Below are positions 30,057 to 42,683 of a DNA stretch of 64,000 bases, piece after piece. The notes beneath the pieces are model-generated. The model ran no database searches. It was not told where the DNA came from and saw nothing but the letters and a program-made list of their open reading frames with translations. Location: NCBI RefSeq assembly GCF_009914755.1, contig NC_060937.1, one strand, 5' to 3'. Position 1 is the stretch's first letter, and every line of letters starts with the position of its first letter. This DNA comes from the human T2T-CHM13v2.0 reference genome, Homo sapiens. A program made the translations under genes and the position numbers.

Positions 30057-30507
30057 TGAATGAAAGCAAAAAAAAAAAAAAAAAAAAACCAACAACAACA
30101 GAAACTGAAAAGAGCCCAAAAGCTAATGACAGAATAAACAAATTATAGTTATTTACATAAAAACATAAATGAAAATGAGGAAACTACAGCTATATGAAAC
30201 TACATAGATAAGTCCTAGAAATCATAATATTGTTTAGGGATATATGTGATTTTTTTGTAGGAAATTATTTTTAAAAGAAAGGTAAGAATAAACTCAAAAT
30301 TCAGGATAATGGAGACATGAGTGGCACAAAGTGATGGATTAGATGGTGAAGGAGCACATGGATGCAACAGTGTTGGTATGATCTGTTTCTTGGCTTGGAT
30401 GGTGGATTTGAAACAGTCACTTTAATGACTTGCACTATTTTCTTTTGTATGTATCAAATATTGCATAATCAAAATTTTATTTAAAATGTGAAAGTGAATG
30501 TAAGGTC

Positions 30508-30597
30508 AGAAAATAGAGTCATGTTATAGAGTTAATGTTATATAGAGTTATGTTAGAAAGTAGAGTTATATAGAGTTATGTTAGAAAATAGAGTTAC
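30508..30597. repeat. Short imperfect tandem repeat built on tagagtta / atgtta units
   Basis: tagagt occurs six times, including a duplicated tatatagagttatgttagaaa.tagagtta block. Confidence 0.8.
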
Positions 30598-33479
30598 TGT
30601 TAATTTTGAGAAGTTTGAGAAAAGAGTGGTAGCTGGATGGTATGATGGGGCAGAAAAAAAGTGTCAGTGAGAGATGGATGATATGCATGGTTTATGTGTG
30701 AAACTTTACCATGTTTATGGGCACAGATGCAATGGTTCAAAGAGACTGAACAAAGGAAAAGGTAAAAATACCTGACAGGACGGAAATGACCAGTGAAGCC
30801 AAGTCCAAGTGGAGGATCAGATCAAGAGTAAAAGAGGAAAGATACCTTTGATCTAGTGAAGGAACAATGCTTCTTCTGCAAATAGAGGAAAGGAATTAGA
30901 AAAGTGTGTATGTAATATTGAGTTCAGTTCCATAACATCAAGAGTTCAGTTTCATGTCAAATAATGTGAAGAGTTCAATTTCGAGATATGGTTGAAGTCA
31001 GGTTGGGGAGGGCTCTTAAAGTGTAACGAGAATCTCTGATAATCATCCTAGAAAACAGTGTAAGGGATTGACCAGGGAAAGATTCATGAAAGGATTCCTG
31101 AGCAGTGCTGACAGCTGAGTTAAGGCTGAAGATACTAAATTTATAAACATGCCAGTCTGAGTACTGCTTGATTTCTACAGCTCAGGTGTAAGAGAAGACG
31201 GATTGAACTTGGAGATTTTCAGGAGATGGGGAAGTCAAAGGAAGACATGGATGAGAAAGGAAATCAGGCTATGAAGGCAGTGTTGGATCAGGAGAAAAGG
31301 GAGATCACTATGAAGAACAAATGTAGAAGAAAGAGAACTGGAGAGATGAAAGAAAGATATGATGGCCACATGAAAGTTTGATATTTCAAAGATGAGATAG
31401 TGGAGTTCTAAGTAATAAGTTCCAGGATGTATCTTTGAACATGGGTTACTAAAAATAGAATGAAAGACACGAGTTCAAGGAATTTTAAGCCTAGATTTTG
31501 GACATTAAAGTCATGCTGATAGACAAGAGTTGGGATAGAGAACAAAATTGATCACAGCGCCAAAGTTCTCAATAAATGAGGACTCAGCCTTAAAGCATTG
31601 AGAAGGGGTAGAGGGTTGTATGCACATATGCCGTGATCTCAAGGAAGAAGGAACTTTAGCATGAAACAGGAACAACAGTGGTGAAGGGAAGCAGCCTTGG
31701 AGTATCTGCAGACTACCAACACTGCTTCAGGAGAGGATAGGAAGTCTCTGCTCCTGGGGCATGCTGGGGAAAGTTTTCTACAGGACATCCATGCTTCATT
31801 TCAAGGCAACACAGGAACAAGTGTTCTGTAAAAAGGTTGAGGATATAGGAGAATTTATTTATAATGGAAAAAAACTTTCTAGTGAGCATAATGGAAAGGA
31901 TTGAAAGGAGATGATAAGTTAAATAGTCAAGAAATAGAAATACAGGCTGTGTGCAAATGTGAGCCAAAATAAGAAGGTGGGCTGCAGAGGCTTGCTTTTT
32001 GTTTAGGGGCTGAAGATCAGAGACATGGTCGGATTTACAGGGGGGCTGGGTCTAACGTATATGAGTACATTCTGTTGAGACCAGGAGACTCCTTGCCCTT
32101 TGGTCTCGTTTTTCAGGGCAACCCTGCCTTTTCATAGGAATTTTGAAGTTAACAATTACCTTTCCCCACTTGTAAGAATAGGCCCTTACTGTCTTATCTC
32201 CTCTGGGGTGTCTTACATATATTTATTGAGACCTATTTCTCTAGGTTATCCTTTGCCAGTTGTTTTCCACCTTTGTGTGAGATGGGGCCTTTGAACATAG
32301 TTTACACTTTTTGAAAAGTATAGCCTTATTATTAGATAATCCTGCCTTTGCCTCGCTTTGTGCCCTTGGCATGTTACTCTGCTTCAGTTTTCTTACCTGG
32401 AAATGATGCTCACTTCACTTGTTAGGATTAAGTGAGTTAACGCAAGTAAAACACTCCAAATGATGCCTAGTATGTACTCTGCACTATGTGGTTATTTTTG
32501 AAAACATGGTGATCATACTTTTACATATTATAACTATTTACTGAGTATCATCAACCAATATACTTGATACTTTAAATTTATTTAATTTCATTCTCACAAC
32601 AATGCTATGATGTTGATTAACCTTGTCACTGAAATAAGCTAAGACTTCAGAGAAGAGCAGTAAATTGCCTTGCTAATAAATACTGAAGCTGTTATTAAAA
32701 TATATCTTTTAATACCAAAATTCACTTTCTTTCCACTGTACAACTTGTTACAAACCACTGTCATTATCATTACCTGTATATTTTTGTTAGCTGTTAATAA
32801 ATTTCCTCTGAAGTTACATAGCACCATAAAGTAATGAAAGATCTCCAAAAGTTCTTATTCTTTCCTGTTGTAACTGGACATCTTTGGTCTCCTTTCTGGT
32901 CTCTACTTGTTCTTGGATAGAGAACTCTGAACCTGCACCTGAGGCTGTCTTTTCAGATTCGTGGATATGAGTAAGAATGCCATCTACTGAGCACCTGCAC
33001 TTTAATTTAAATCTTAAATTTAAAAAAATCAGAAAGAAAATAAAACCAATAATGAAAGTGGTAGTCTTTATTCTCTTAAGAGGCAAATAACAGCCTGAAA
33101 CATAAATCCCACCTTTGAGACACATGTCTATCAAACCTATATTCTATACACAATTATTTGTGTATTGTGGATATTCCTTAAGGATTGAGTATGGAGAATT
33201 ACGTTATACAATGACATTTCAGACTGAATCTTTTAAATTAATATTATCTCAAATGTTCTAAATGAAAATTAGCGGCAGGCTGCATGAGTAAAAAATTAGA
33301 AGATAGCACCTGTGGTGTTATTGAACACAAAGAGAATCATTGTACATCAAATATATATTTCTGAAAAGTATACTTTGATGAGCTTTTGAATTGGTTCATA
33401 AGGAAGTCTGAAAGATGGTCAAATTCAGGGCAGCAGCAGTAGAAATCATTTAATCTTTTTTTTCCCCTATATCAGAAAT

Positions 33480-33695
33480 GCTGCAAGCGGGAACGTTTGC
33501 TTTTTTTTTCCCCCTTGCCCTTTCCTGGGTCACTGCAGGTCACGTGATGACTGTCACGTGACTCGGTCAAAGGATCTTTTCCTCTTACAGCCTTGCAAAA
33601 AAAAAAAAAGCCGTTCTCCAATTAAAGCTGTTAACGTGTACTACGCTGTTTCCTTGTTGGATTTTCTTGTTCTCTGCTGCTACTGTAAAAACGAA
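33480..33695 (+). promoter_or_regulatory. Putative internal promoter / 5' UTR of the short FNDC3A isoform with tandem CACGTG E-boxes
   Basis: GTCACGTGA at 33539-33547 and GTCACGTGAC at 33553-33562. I count 12 CpGs in 33481-33812 in an otherwise CpG-depleted, non-repeat intron. Directly upstream of ATG plus donor. Confidence 0.7.
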
Positions 33696-33702
33696 ATGAG
33701 TG
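33696..33702 (+). CDS. FNDC3A: FNDC3A alternative first-exon coding part (Met-Ser-G of the short isoform)
   Basis: gaaATGAGTG|gtaaga: ATG followed by a strong phase-1 donor. It joins the phase-1 exon at 37951 (G+GT=Gly) to give MSGPAQVPMM. It sits just downstream of a CpG-rich E-box cluster. Agrees with my recollection of a shorter FNDC3A isoform (not verified here). Confidence 0.8.
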
Positions 33703-34693
33703 GTAAGATTTGCTGTTTTCGAACATTCTGCTTTTATTTTAAGACAGAAAGCATTGTATTAATCTAAAGTCATGCCGTGTGTTTTTAAAAATAGATGCTA
33801 AATATCATCGCCATAAAATATTTTAAATTGTTGCCATGTAAATACAAAAAGGTTAGACTATGTAGAGTTATTTTGTAATTTTGTATTCCACGGAATATTC
33901 CATTCTAGGATCTTTATTTTACTAGGTTTTTCTTCTAGAGCTAAAATCTGAAAATTGGCATCAGATTATTTGGAAGCCATTGTGAACGCTGGCTTATAGA
34001 GAATGTGTAGCACAGCGGCAGCACGTTGCATTTTAAGAATTAAAACTCCTGGACAAATTTGTAATTTTATTTAAAAAAAACCTCTTAAATATGAATGTAT
34101 ATTAACAAGGAAAGATAAAGAAGAATTTAAGTTATACTAGTTGAAATATCTTCTTTAAGTCAGTGATGGCACTTTTTAAGAAGCAGGGGTGGGGAGCTTC
34201 TCAAATTTCTTAAGACAATTGGTTAGAATTGTTTACTCTTCTGCAGGTTTTTGAAATAGGAAATGTATCCTTAATAGCTCCATGATTGGGGTAAATCATG
34301 CTCAAATCACATAGATTATAAAGGAGCTGCTAAGTGTATGCACAGTTGTTGTCAGGTATTGCTACTCTTGTGCCAGGCATACATTTGTCAATAGGATCTG
34401 AGTTTCTTCCTTGGGACAAAATCTCCCTCATTGCATACAAATTTAAGTCAGTTTGTAGTTAATTTTCTGTTACTTTCTAAATTAAAAAGTATTGTTGGAA
34501 CTAAGGAGCTAATCAAACATTTACATCATTAAATATGCAAGGCTTTAAGGTTTCGCTACTATAGACACAGGAGTAACAACAGACATGAGATGCTGTAAAC
34601 GTTGTAGTTCTAAACATCGATACTTGTATTTATTATGTTTATACAATAGGGGTTTGCATTCAGTGTTGAATGTTACTTCACAGCAATATTTTA

Positions 34694-35062
<369 letters not shown>

Positions 35063-36274
35063 TCAGGATAAAAAAAAAATTTTTTTGCTAGAGTGAAAGG
35101 ATTACTTCGTAAAGAAGTAAGTTAATCAGTCTTTTTCCTGGACTACATCTAGTAATATATTTACTACTGGTTTATTTTAGCTTACATTTCTCTTTTCAGC
35201 ATCACACTTAGATATAATTAAAAAACAAAGTAGAATCTTGTATTACCAAATTATAAACTATTTTAGCGGCTATCAAAGTATAAAATGGTTTGAATTGTAA
35301 CTACACATATATTCGTATTTCTGGTAAAAGGAGGGCCACTTGAAGCAATTGTGTGATTTTACTATTTTAAATGTAATTAGCAATAACTTATTATTCTGAT
35401 GGCAAAAGAAAAACCTATTCTGATGACTTGATGTAAGGATTAAATTTGACAGCATATAAAAGGACCCACAGTAAAAGTGCAATGCTAATGGCCTTTATTA
35501 ACATTATAAAATATGATTTTCAGTGAATTCTCTGTCAAGTTCTCAGCTGAATTTCACATATTGTAAGTAATACCTAAGCCACCTGTAAGGATTCAGGAAG
35601 TTAGTTTACTGTAGTTTTATATAAATTAGCTAATGGAAGTAAACCAGCATTAGTTTAAAACAGTTCTCATTTCTCTTGAGTCTAGAATATAGGAGCTAAA
35701 AGGTGAGTTTTGCATGAAGCTTTTCTGCCTAGAGGTATAAAGCAGCTCACAAGTTTTATTCAGTAAATTAATAGGTAATGTTTGCTTAAACTTAAGAAAA
35801 TTTTATTCTTTCTCTCATGTTTTTACGGATGTAAAGACAACAAAGGCCTTAATTTTCCTTAGAGGCTTTAGAGCATTGTTCTTAAGCCTCAAATTATATC
35901 AGTTGCCAATACTGCATAGTATTTTAATGTTTACTAAAAATGTGGTAAGGATATGTCCTTAGAAATAAAACTACCTGGTTTTGAATCCCACTTCTACCAC
36001 TTGGGGAGCTTAACCTCTCTGTGCCTCAGTTTCCACATCTAGAAAATGGAGATGATGATGATGATGATATTTACCTGATAGAATGATTATGAGGAGAAAA
36101 AATATGTAAAAGGCCTGGCACATAGTAAGTTAGTATTAGCTATATATAATTAAAATAATATTCTGGACAACTTCATGTATTTGGTGGTGGTCTTGTTTTG
36201 GATGGGAAGAGTATCTTATTGAAAAGTTCTTTTCACAGCCAGATATTATATAGTGTAATTTAGTGTTCTACACA

Positions 36275-36700
36275 AACACTTCTTACTTTCTCTCAACCAC
36301 TTCAGTCTTATCCCTACTTTCTCTTCCCCTCCCCACCTCTTCTGTCCTTTCCCTCCCCTCCCCCTTTCTCCTATTTCTCCACATCGTTCCTCCTCCCCCT
36401 TACCCTTCTGTTTTCTCCTCTCCCTCCCTTCTTGTCTTCTCTTCACTCTCCTTTACTGCCTCTTGTCCCCTTTCTTATCCCTCCCTTTTCTTCTCTTACC
36501 TCTCGCCTCTCTCCTTCTCTCCCCTCTTGCCTTTCTCCTCTCCTTGCTTGCTTCCCCCTTTTTTCCTCCACTTTCCCCACTTTCCTTACCCCTGTTTAGT
36601 ATTTTCCGTCACCCCTGTTTAGTAGTTTCCCTCTTACACCCCCTTTCTTTTGTATTCTCTTTTCTCTTCCCTAGCTCTCTCATCTCCCTAGCCCTAATTT
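36275..36700. repeat. ~400 bp C/T-rich low-complexity (polypyrimidine/polypurine) tract
   Basis: Nearly all C and T on the + strand, with sparse purines. Confidence 0.9.
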
Positions 36701-37950
36701 CATCACCACTGTGTGGTTCTGTCCTCACCCCTTGCCTTCCCTAGAAAGGGCAGAATGGCTGTAATCCGGATTTGTTGTGACCTCCATGTCCTTTATTCTG
36801 ATTTTCTGAAGTATGTATAATATTAACAGAGTTACTTGTTTTCTACCCTACATTTGAGCTTTTCCTCCTTTATTTCTTTTATAGCTGAGAGCCATTATAT
36901 AATGGTAGATTATAATTCTGCATATAAAAGAGATCCTTCCCCCTTTACATTCCTCATCAGACCTTTGTTCTTATTCCCTTAGAAATAAGTAATTTCTTTG
37001 AAAAGGTTTCATTTCAGGTTATAAAAAACTGGTGGGCATGAGGGGACACTGCAGTGTAAAGTTACAGGAAGAAAGGAACTGAAGGGGGGTAAGAGACTTT
37101 TTTAAAAGTTACATAAAGCAACTAAGATTTTAGTTCCTAGAAAGAACAAAACACACCTTCTCCAAATGCTTCTTTTGTTCCCAGAAATGTTAAAAGAGAA
37201 GGTAAACTAGAGATAATAGTTATAAAAGTTAATTGGAAAACCTAACACTATAAAAGTGAAAGGAAGTGTAGAGTGAGAGAAGCTGAATTTTCTTTTTTAG
37301 AACTTTTTAGTGTGAGAAACAAAAAAAAATTTTTTTTTCCTTTGGGTAAGTACACGTGTGGCATTTCTCTTTGTTCTTAAGCCCCCATAGACATGAGTCA
37401 CACATTACACAAGTATTTTAACCCTAACAAAGCAAGTTCCAAATTTCTAACTATTCTTCCTCTTGCTGCTTTTCACTCTTGCTTTTTTATTTTGTCCCTG
37501 TAACTTTTGAAAATTTTGCCTTTTGTATTTTTCATTGATTTTATATGCAGAGTTTAGTTTGATTTTTCTCTAGGTCAGTGTTTCTAAACTTACACTATTA
37601 TAAGAGTCACCTGGGATATTTGTAAAGTGAATATAATGATTCAAGACCCCATTGACTAAGAATCTCTAGGAGAGCCTGTTAATATGTTTTAAAAAGCCCT
37701 CCAACCTCCCCCCCCCCACCACCCCTACCCCAGCAACTTTAAAAAACACAAATGTAGGTAAAGGGTAATTTGTGCACTTTACAAGATAAATTTTTATAAC
37801 AAGTCAATCATCTGAATTTCTTTTTATAAAAATGTAGTTACTGTTGGCTTGAGTGTTTAGATGAAGTATTCAAAATGTAATTCAAATTGTTTTCAACTTT
37901 AGCCTGATAAGCAATCATGGGTTAATACATCATTTATGTGACCCATTCAG

Positions 37951-38027
37951 GTCCTGCTCAGGTTCCAATGATGTCCCCAAATGGTTCTGTGCCTCCTATC
38001 TATGTGCCTCCTGGATATGCCCCACAG
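37951..38027 (+). CDS. FNDC3A: FNDC3A internal coding exon (77 nt, phase 1 to 0): (G)PAQVPMMSPNGSVPPIYVPPGYAPQ
   Basis: cattcag|GT ... CAG|gtatgt. The translation matches the FNDC3A/B N-terminal motif and is in frame with the next exon. Too short for the ORF track. Confidence 0.96.
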
Positions 38028-39801
38028 GTATGTTTTTATGCTATTTTTCTTTTCATATTTGTATAATAGTGATAATGTTATTCTCTTTGACTTTGATTTT
38101 GATTTAAAAAAACCATTTAATTACTGAGGCTTACCAAGTGTTGTGTATCTATCATAAATCTATTTCAAGTATTTTAGTACATTTGGAAAGGAAGAAAAAT
38201 TTTTATTGGCAGCACTCATCATTTGTCCTTGTCTTTGGGTGTTAAGTCACAAAAGAAAATTCATTCTAGAGTTTTGTCTCCCTAAATATATGACTAAATA
38301 AAAATAATATTTTAGGTTGTAAAGGTGCCTACACTGACATTTTTAAATTTAGAAATTTGCTTAGATGTAACCCAAGACAATGCTTCCAACTTTATTCATA
38401 CAATGAATCTCAGACACTGTTGATAATTGCATGGCATATTGTGTTCAATAGAAAAGAGTTTAGCAACCCTGAGGGATGAGGGGGGGGGGAAATAAAAAAA
38501 AAAAAATCAGTATCTCCATACACCTGTAACCTTTTATGCATAATGACTGGGAAGCTCTGACCTTAAGTATAGTAATTTATGAACACAGGCAAACTGAATT
38601 AAACTGTAAAATCTGCAGGTGTTCAATATCTTCCACTACTGAGATTTCGTATGGTCTGCACGCTTTGCCTCAATCTATTTTGGGAAATAATCATTTTCTC
38701 TCCCTAGCATTGAATTTACACTTGAAGTTTTTCTTCAGGCCCTCTGTTACTTCCTCCCTGATTATGCCAGAATATTGGTGGTGGGATATTGGGGTGGATT
38801 TTCTGCACACTCTGTGAAGCACACCATCATATGAACCACAGCAAAAGAAGAGCGTGCTGGGAAGGAGAGAATGGAATGAGATTTAGAATGGATTCAGAAA
38901 AGCTGAATCCATATCTTATTTCAAACCTTTGCTGGCTGCATGGTCTTGGGCAAATCAACTTCCTTCAGTCTCAGTGCCTTCATTATGAGATGAGATCACG
39001 TACTGAAATTACCTTGTAAGCTTTTCAGAGTAGTCTCTACTAACTATCTCTACTTTTGTTTAGCACACTGACTCCTTAATATAGTCTGCATTCTGTCTAT
39101 ATTACTCTACTAAAACTGCTTTCCGCTATGTACCAAATCCAAAGTCCTGCTTTCCAGCCTGGTCCTCTTTGACCTCTAAAAATTTGGTACCACTGATAAG
39201 ATTTACTACAGATTTCCTTGACATCATGCTGCCCTGATTTTTGTTTTCTACTTCTTTGTTGCACCTTCTCAGATCTTCCTTCTCTTACATGAAGACTGTT
39301 CTCTAGCATAGTTCAGTTCATGATTTATTGAGTGGCACCACGTACTGAGCTCTGTATTGGGAGCTAGTGATAAAAAGATGATTAAGACAAGTTCTTTCAG
39401 TGCACTTAGGTTATCTGCTGTTCTCTCATCTTACAGTACCTTTTCGTTTTATTTTTTGTGGCAAACTCCTATCCTTTTCATTTCACTTCATCGTGAGCTC
39501 TGAAAGCAGTTTTCCCTGAGCCTTTCCAGGTGCTTCTCCCTTTGGGCTTTCGTGGCATATTATTAATATATATATTCCTCTTTTCATAAACTTATGAAAT
39601 GTGTAATTCTCTTTCCTGAGACTATGAATTCTTACAGTTCCTATGTTCAACAGTGTTCCACAAATATGTATTGAGTGTTTATATATGTCAGGCACTCTTG
39701 AGTGCTTGGAATATGTCCATGACTGAAAGAGGCAAAGACTCATGCCGCTCTGTGGTTTATATTCTTCTGGGAAGAGGCAAATAAAAAGTGGATAAACTCT
39801 A

Positions 39802-40119
<318 letters not shown>

Positions 40120-40833
40120 TTATATTTTACAAGAGTGGTCGGAAGAGGCCTCATTGGGCAGGTAAGATTTGAGCCAAGTCTTGAAGGACAGGTGGGGGTT
40201 AGCTATGCATCTATCTGAGAAAAGAGGATTCTGGACAGAAATGGCCAGTGCAAGTGGCTAAGATGACAGCATGCCTGGGAACAGCAAGGAGGTCAGTATG
40301 ATTGGACTGATTCATCAAGGGAGAATAGAAGGGAATGAGGTAAGAAGTAAGAAGTCTAGATCATATAAGACTCTTACTTATCTTCATATCCTCAATGCCA
40401 AGTATATAGCCTGTCATATAGTAGGAGCTCAGTAAATATTTGTAAATTAGATAATCATCCGAGTTGAGGTTCTGTAATCTTTAGACCAAAAGCCACAGAG
40501 ATAATCTTCCTATAGCATTTCTTTGGTCATAAAGAGCCTGTAGCCGGCTTGTACACTCAATGAAGTCTAGATTTCTTGACATTTAAGGCTTTACACGGTT
40601 CTGTCCTGGTTTGCCTTTGCACCATTTTCTTGATACTTTCAATTATGTCCATTTTTGTAGCCGAACATTTCTCACATGCTTACTTGGTGTTTCCTTAATG
40701 CTGTTATCTAAGGAATGTTATTCATTTCTCCATTTCTGCCTTTTAAAATTCTACCCATCCTTGAGGGCCTACCTAGATCATGTTATTGAACCACTTCTTG
40801 GTTATAATACATATCACCTAATATAATTATGTA

Positions 40834-41158
40834 CTGTTAGCCCTTCATATCCTTAGGTTCCAAATCTATGGATTCAACCAACCACAGATTGAAAATATTT
40901 GAAAAAAAAAATTGCATCTATACTGAACACGTACAGACTTTCTTGTCACATTTCTTAATACAATATAACTATTTACACAGCATTTACATTATATTAGGTA
41001 TGATAAATAATCTAGAGATGATTTAAAGTACACCCGAGGGTGTTGTAGGTTATAAGCAAGTACTACACCGTTTTATATCAGAGGCTTGAGCATTAGAAAA
41101 TTTTGGTATCCACAGAAAGTCCTGGAACCAATCCCCCATGCATACCAAGGGACAACTG
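40834..41158 (-). mobile_element. MER2 (TcMar-Tigger non-autonomous DNA transposon)
   Basis: Degenerate terminal inverted repeats (ctgttagccctt / aagggacaactg), internal ggattcaaccaacc and gtcctggaaccaatccccc, with a TA flank on the left. Confidence 0.88.
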
Positions 41159-42683
41159 CATATGTATTTTTACTCCTACAGGATTTTAGGTTCCTTAAGA
41201 TAGGAACTGCCTTTTAATTATTTTTGTGTTCTTGTGGTAACTCAAATGTAGTAAGTGTCCCATAAATAGTTGTCACATAAATTAATGAATTTTAACAATA
41301 ATCTTCCTGGAAGGATTATGTGAGGTTAGTGGGCTACTATTATTAATCTTAATTTAAGATGAAGATTATCTCTAGAAAATGTGTCGTTTTCATTACACAG
41401 GGTAATCCAAAGACAAAAATCTAGTCTTATCGTTTTTTAGTTAATTTAAGTTTCCAGTATGTAAGACTTGATTCTTCCACAGAGGGCAAGCCCACAGAGG
41501 GCGAGCTGAAGCAGGGTGGGGCATCGCCTCACCCAGGAAGCAAAAGGGGTCGGGGAGCTCCCTCCCCTAGCCAAGGGAAGCCATGAGGGACTGTGCCATG
41601 AGGAACAGTGCATTCCGGCCCAGATACCACACTTTTCCCACAGTCTTCGCAACCCGCAGACCAGGAGATTCCCTTCGGTGCCTATACCACCAGGGCCCTG
41701 GGATTCAAGCACAAAACTGGGCAGGCATTTGGGCAGACACTGAGCTAGCTGCAAGAGCTTTTTTTCATATTCCAGTGGCTCCTGGAACGCCAGCAAGACA
41801 GAACCGTTCACTCCCCTGGAAAGGGGGCTGAAGTCAGGGAGCCAAGTGGTCTAGCTCAGCGGATCCTACCTCCACAGAGCTCAGCAAGCTAAGATCCACT
41901 GGCTTGAAATTCTCGCTGCCAGCACAGCAGTCTGAAGTCCACCTGGGACACTCAAGCTTGATGGGGGAGGGGCGTCTGCCATTACTGAGGCTTGAGTAGG
42001 TAGTTTTCCCTGAGCAGTGTAAACAAAGCCACCAGGAAGCTGGAACTGGGCAGAGCCCACCGCAGCTCATCAAAGCCACTGTAGCCAGACTACCTCTCTA
42101 GATTCCTCCTCTCTGGGCAGGGCATCTCTGAAAGAAAGGCTCCAGCCCCAGTCAGGGGCTTATAGATAAAACGCCCGTCTTCCTGAGACAGAGCACCTGG
42201 GGGAAGGGGCAAGTGTGGGCACAGCTTCAGCAGACGTAAACGTTCCTGCCTACCGGCTCTAAAGCAAGCAGTGGATCTCCCAGCAGAGCTCCCAAGCTCT
42301 GCTAAGGGACACATTGCCTCCTCAAGTGGTTCCCTAACCCCCGTGCCTCCTGACTGGGAGACACCTTCCAGCAGGGTCGACAGACACCTCATACAGGAGA
42401 GCTCCAGCTGGCATCTGGTGGGTGCCCTTCTGGGACAGAGCTTCCAGAGGAAAGAACAGGCAGCAGTCTTTGCTGTTCTGCAGCCTCTGTTGGCGATACC
42501 CAGGCAAACAGGGTCTGAGTGGACCTCCAGCAAACTCCAGCAGACCTGCCGCAGAGGGGCCTGACTACTAGAAGGAAAGTAAAAGAAAGGAATAGCAACA
42601 ACATCAAGAAACACGATGTCCACACAGAAACCCCATCCGAAGGTCACCAAGACAAAAGGCCAAAGGTAGATAAATCCATGAAG

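Noticed and set aside
32814-33134. Minus-strand ORF upstream of the internal promoter, and a possible 14-nt microexon (32957-32970)
   Set aside because: No recognisable homology, non-ATG start and no supporting exon chain; cannot be told from chance.
36246-36744. Pro/Ser/Leu/Phe-rich and Glu/Arg/Gly-rich ORFs
   Set aside because: Artefact of the C/T low-complexity tract, which lacks stop codons.
37917-37925. In-frame ATG upstream of the 37951 exon
   Set aside because: Followed by GGT TAA, so it cannot extend the protein.
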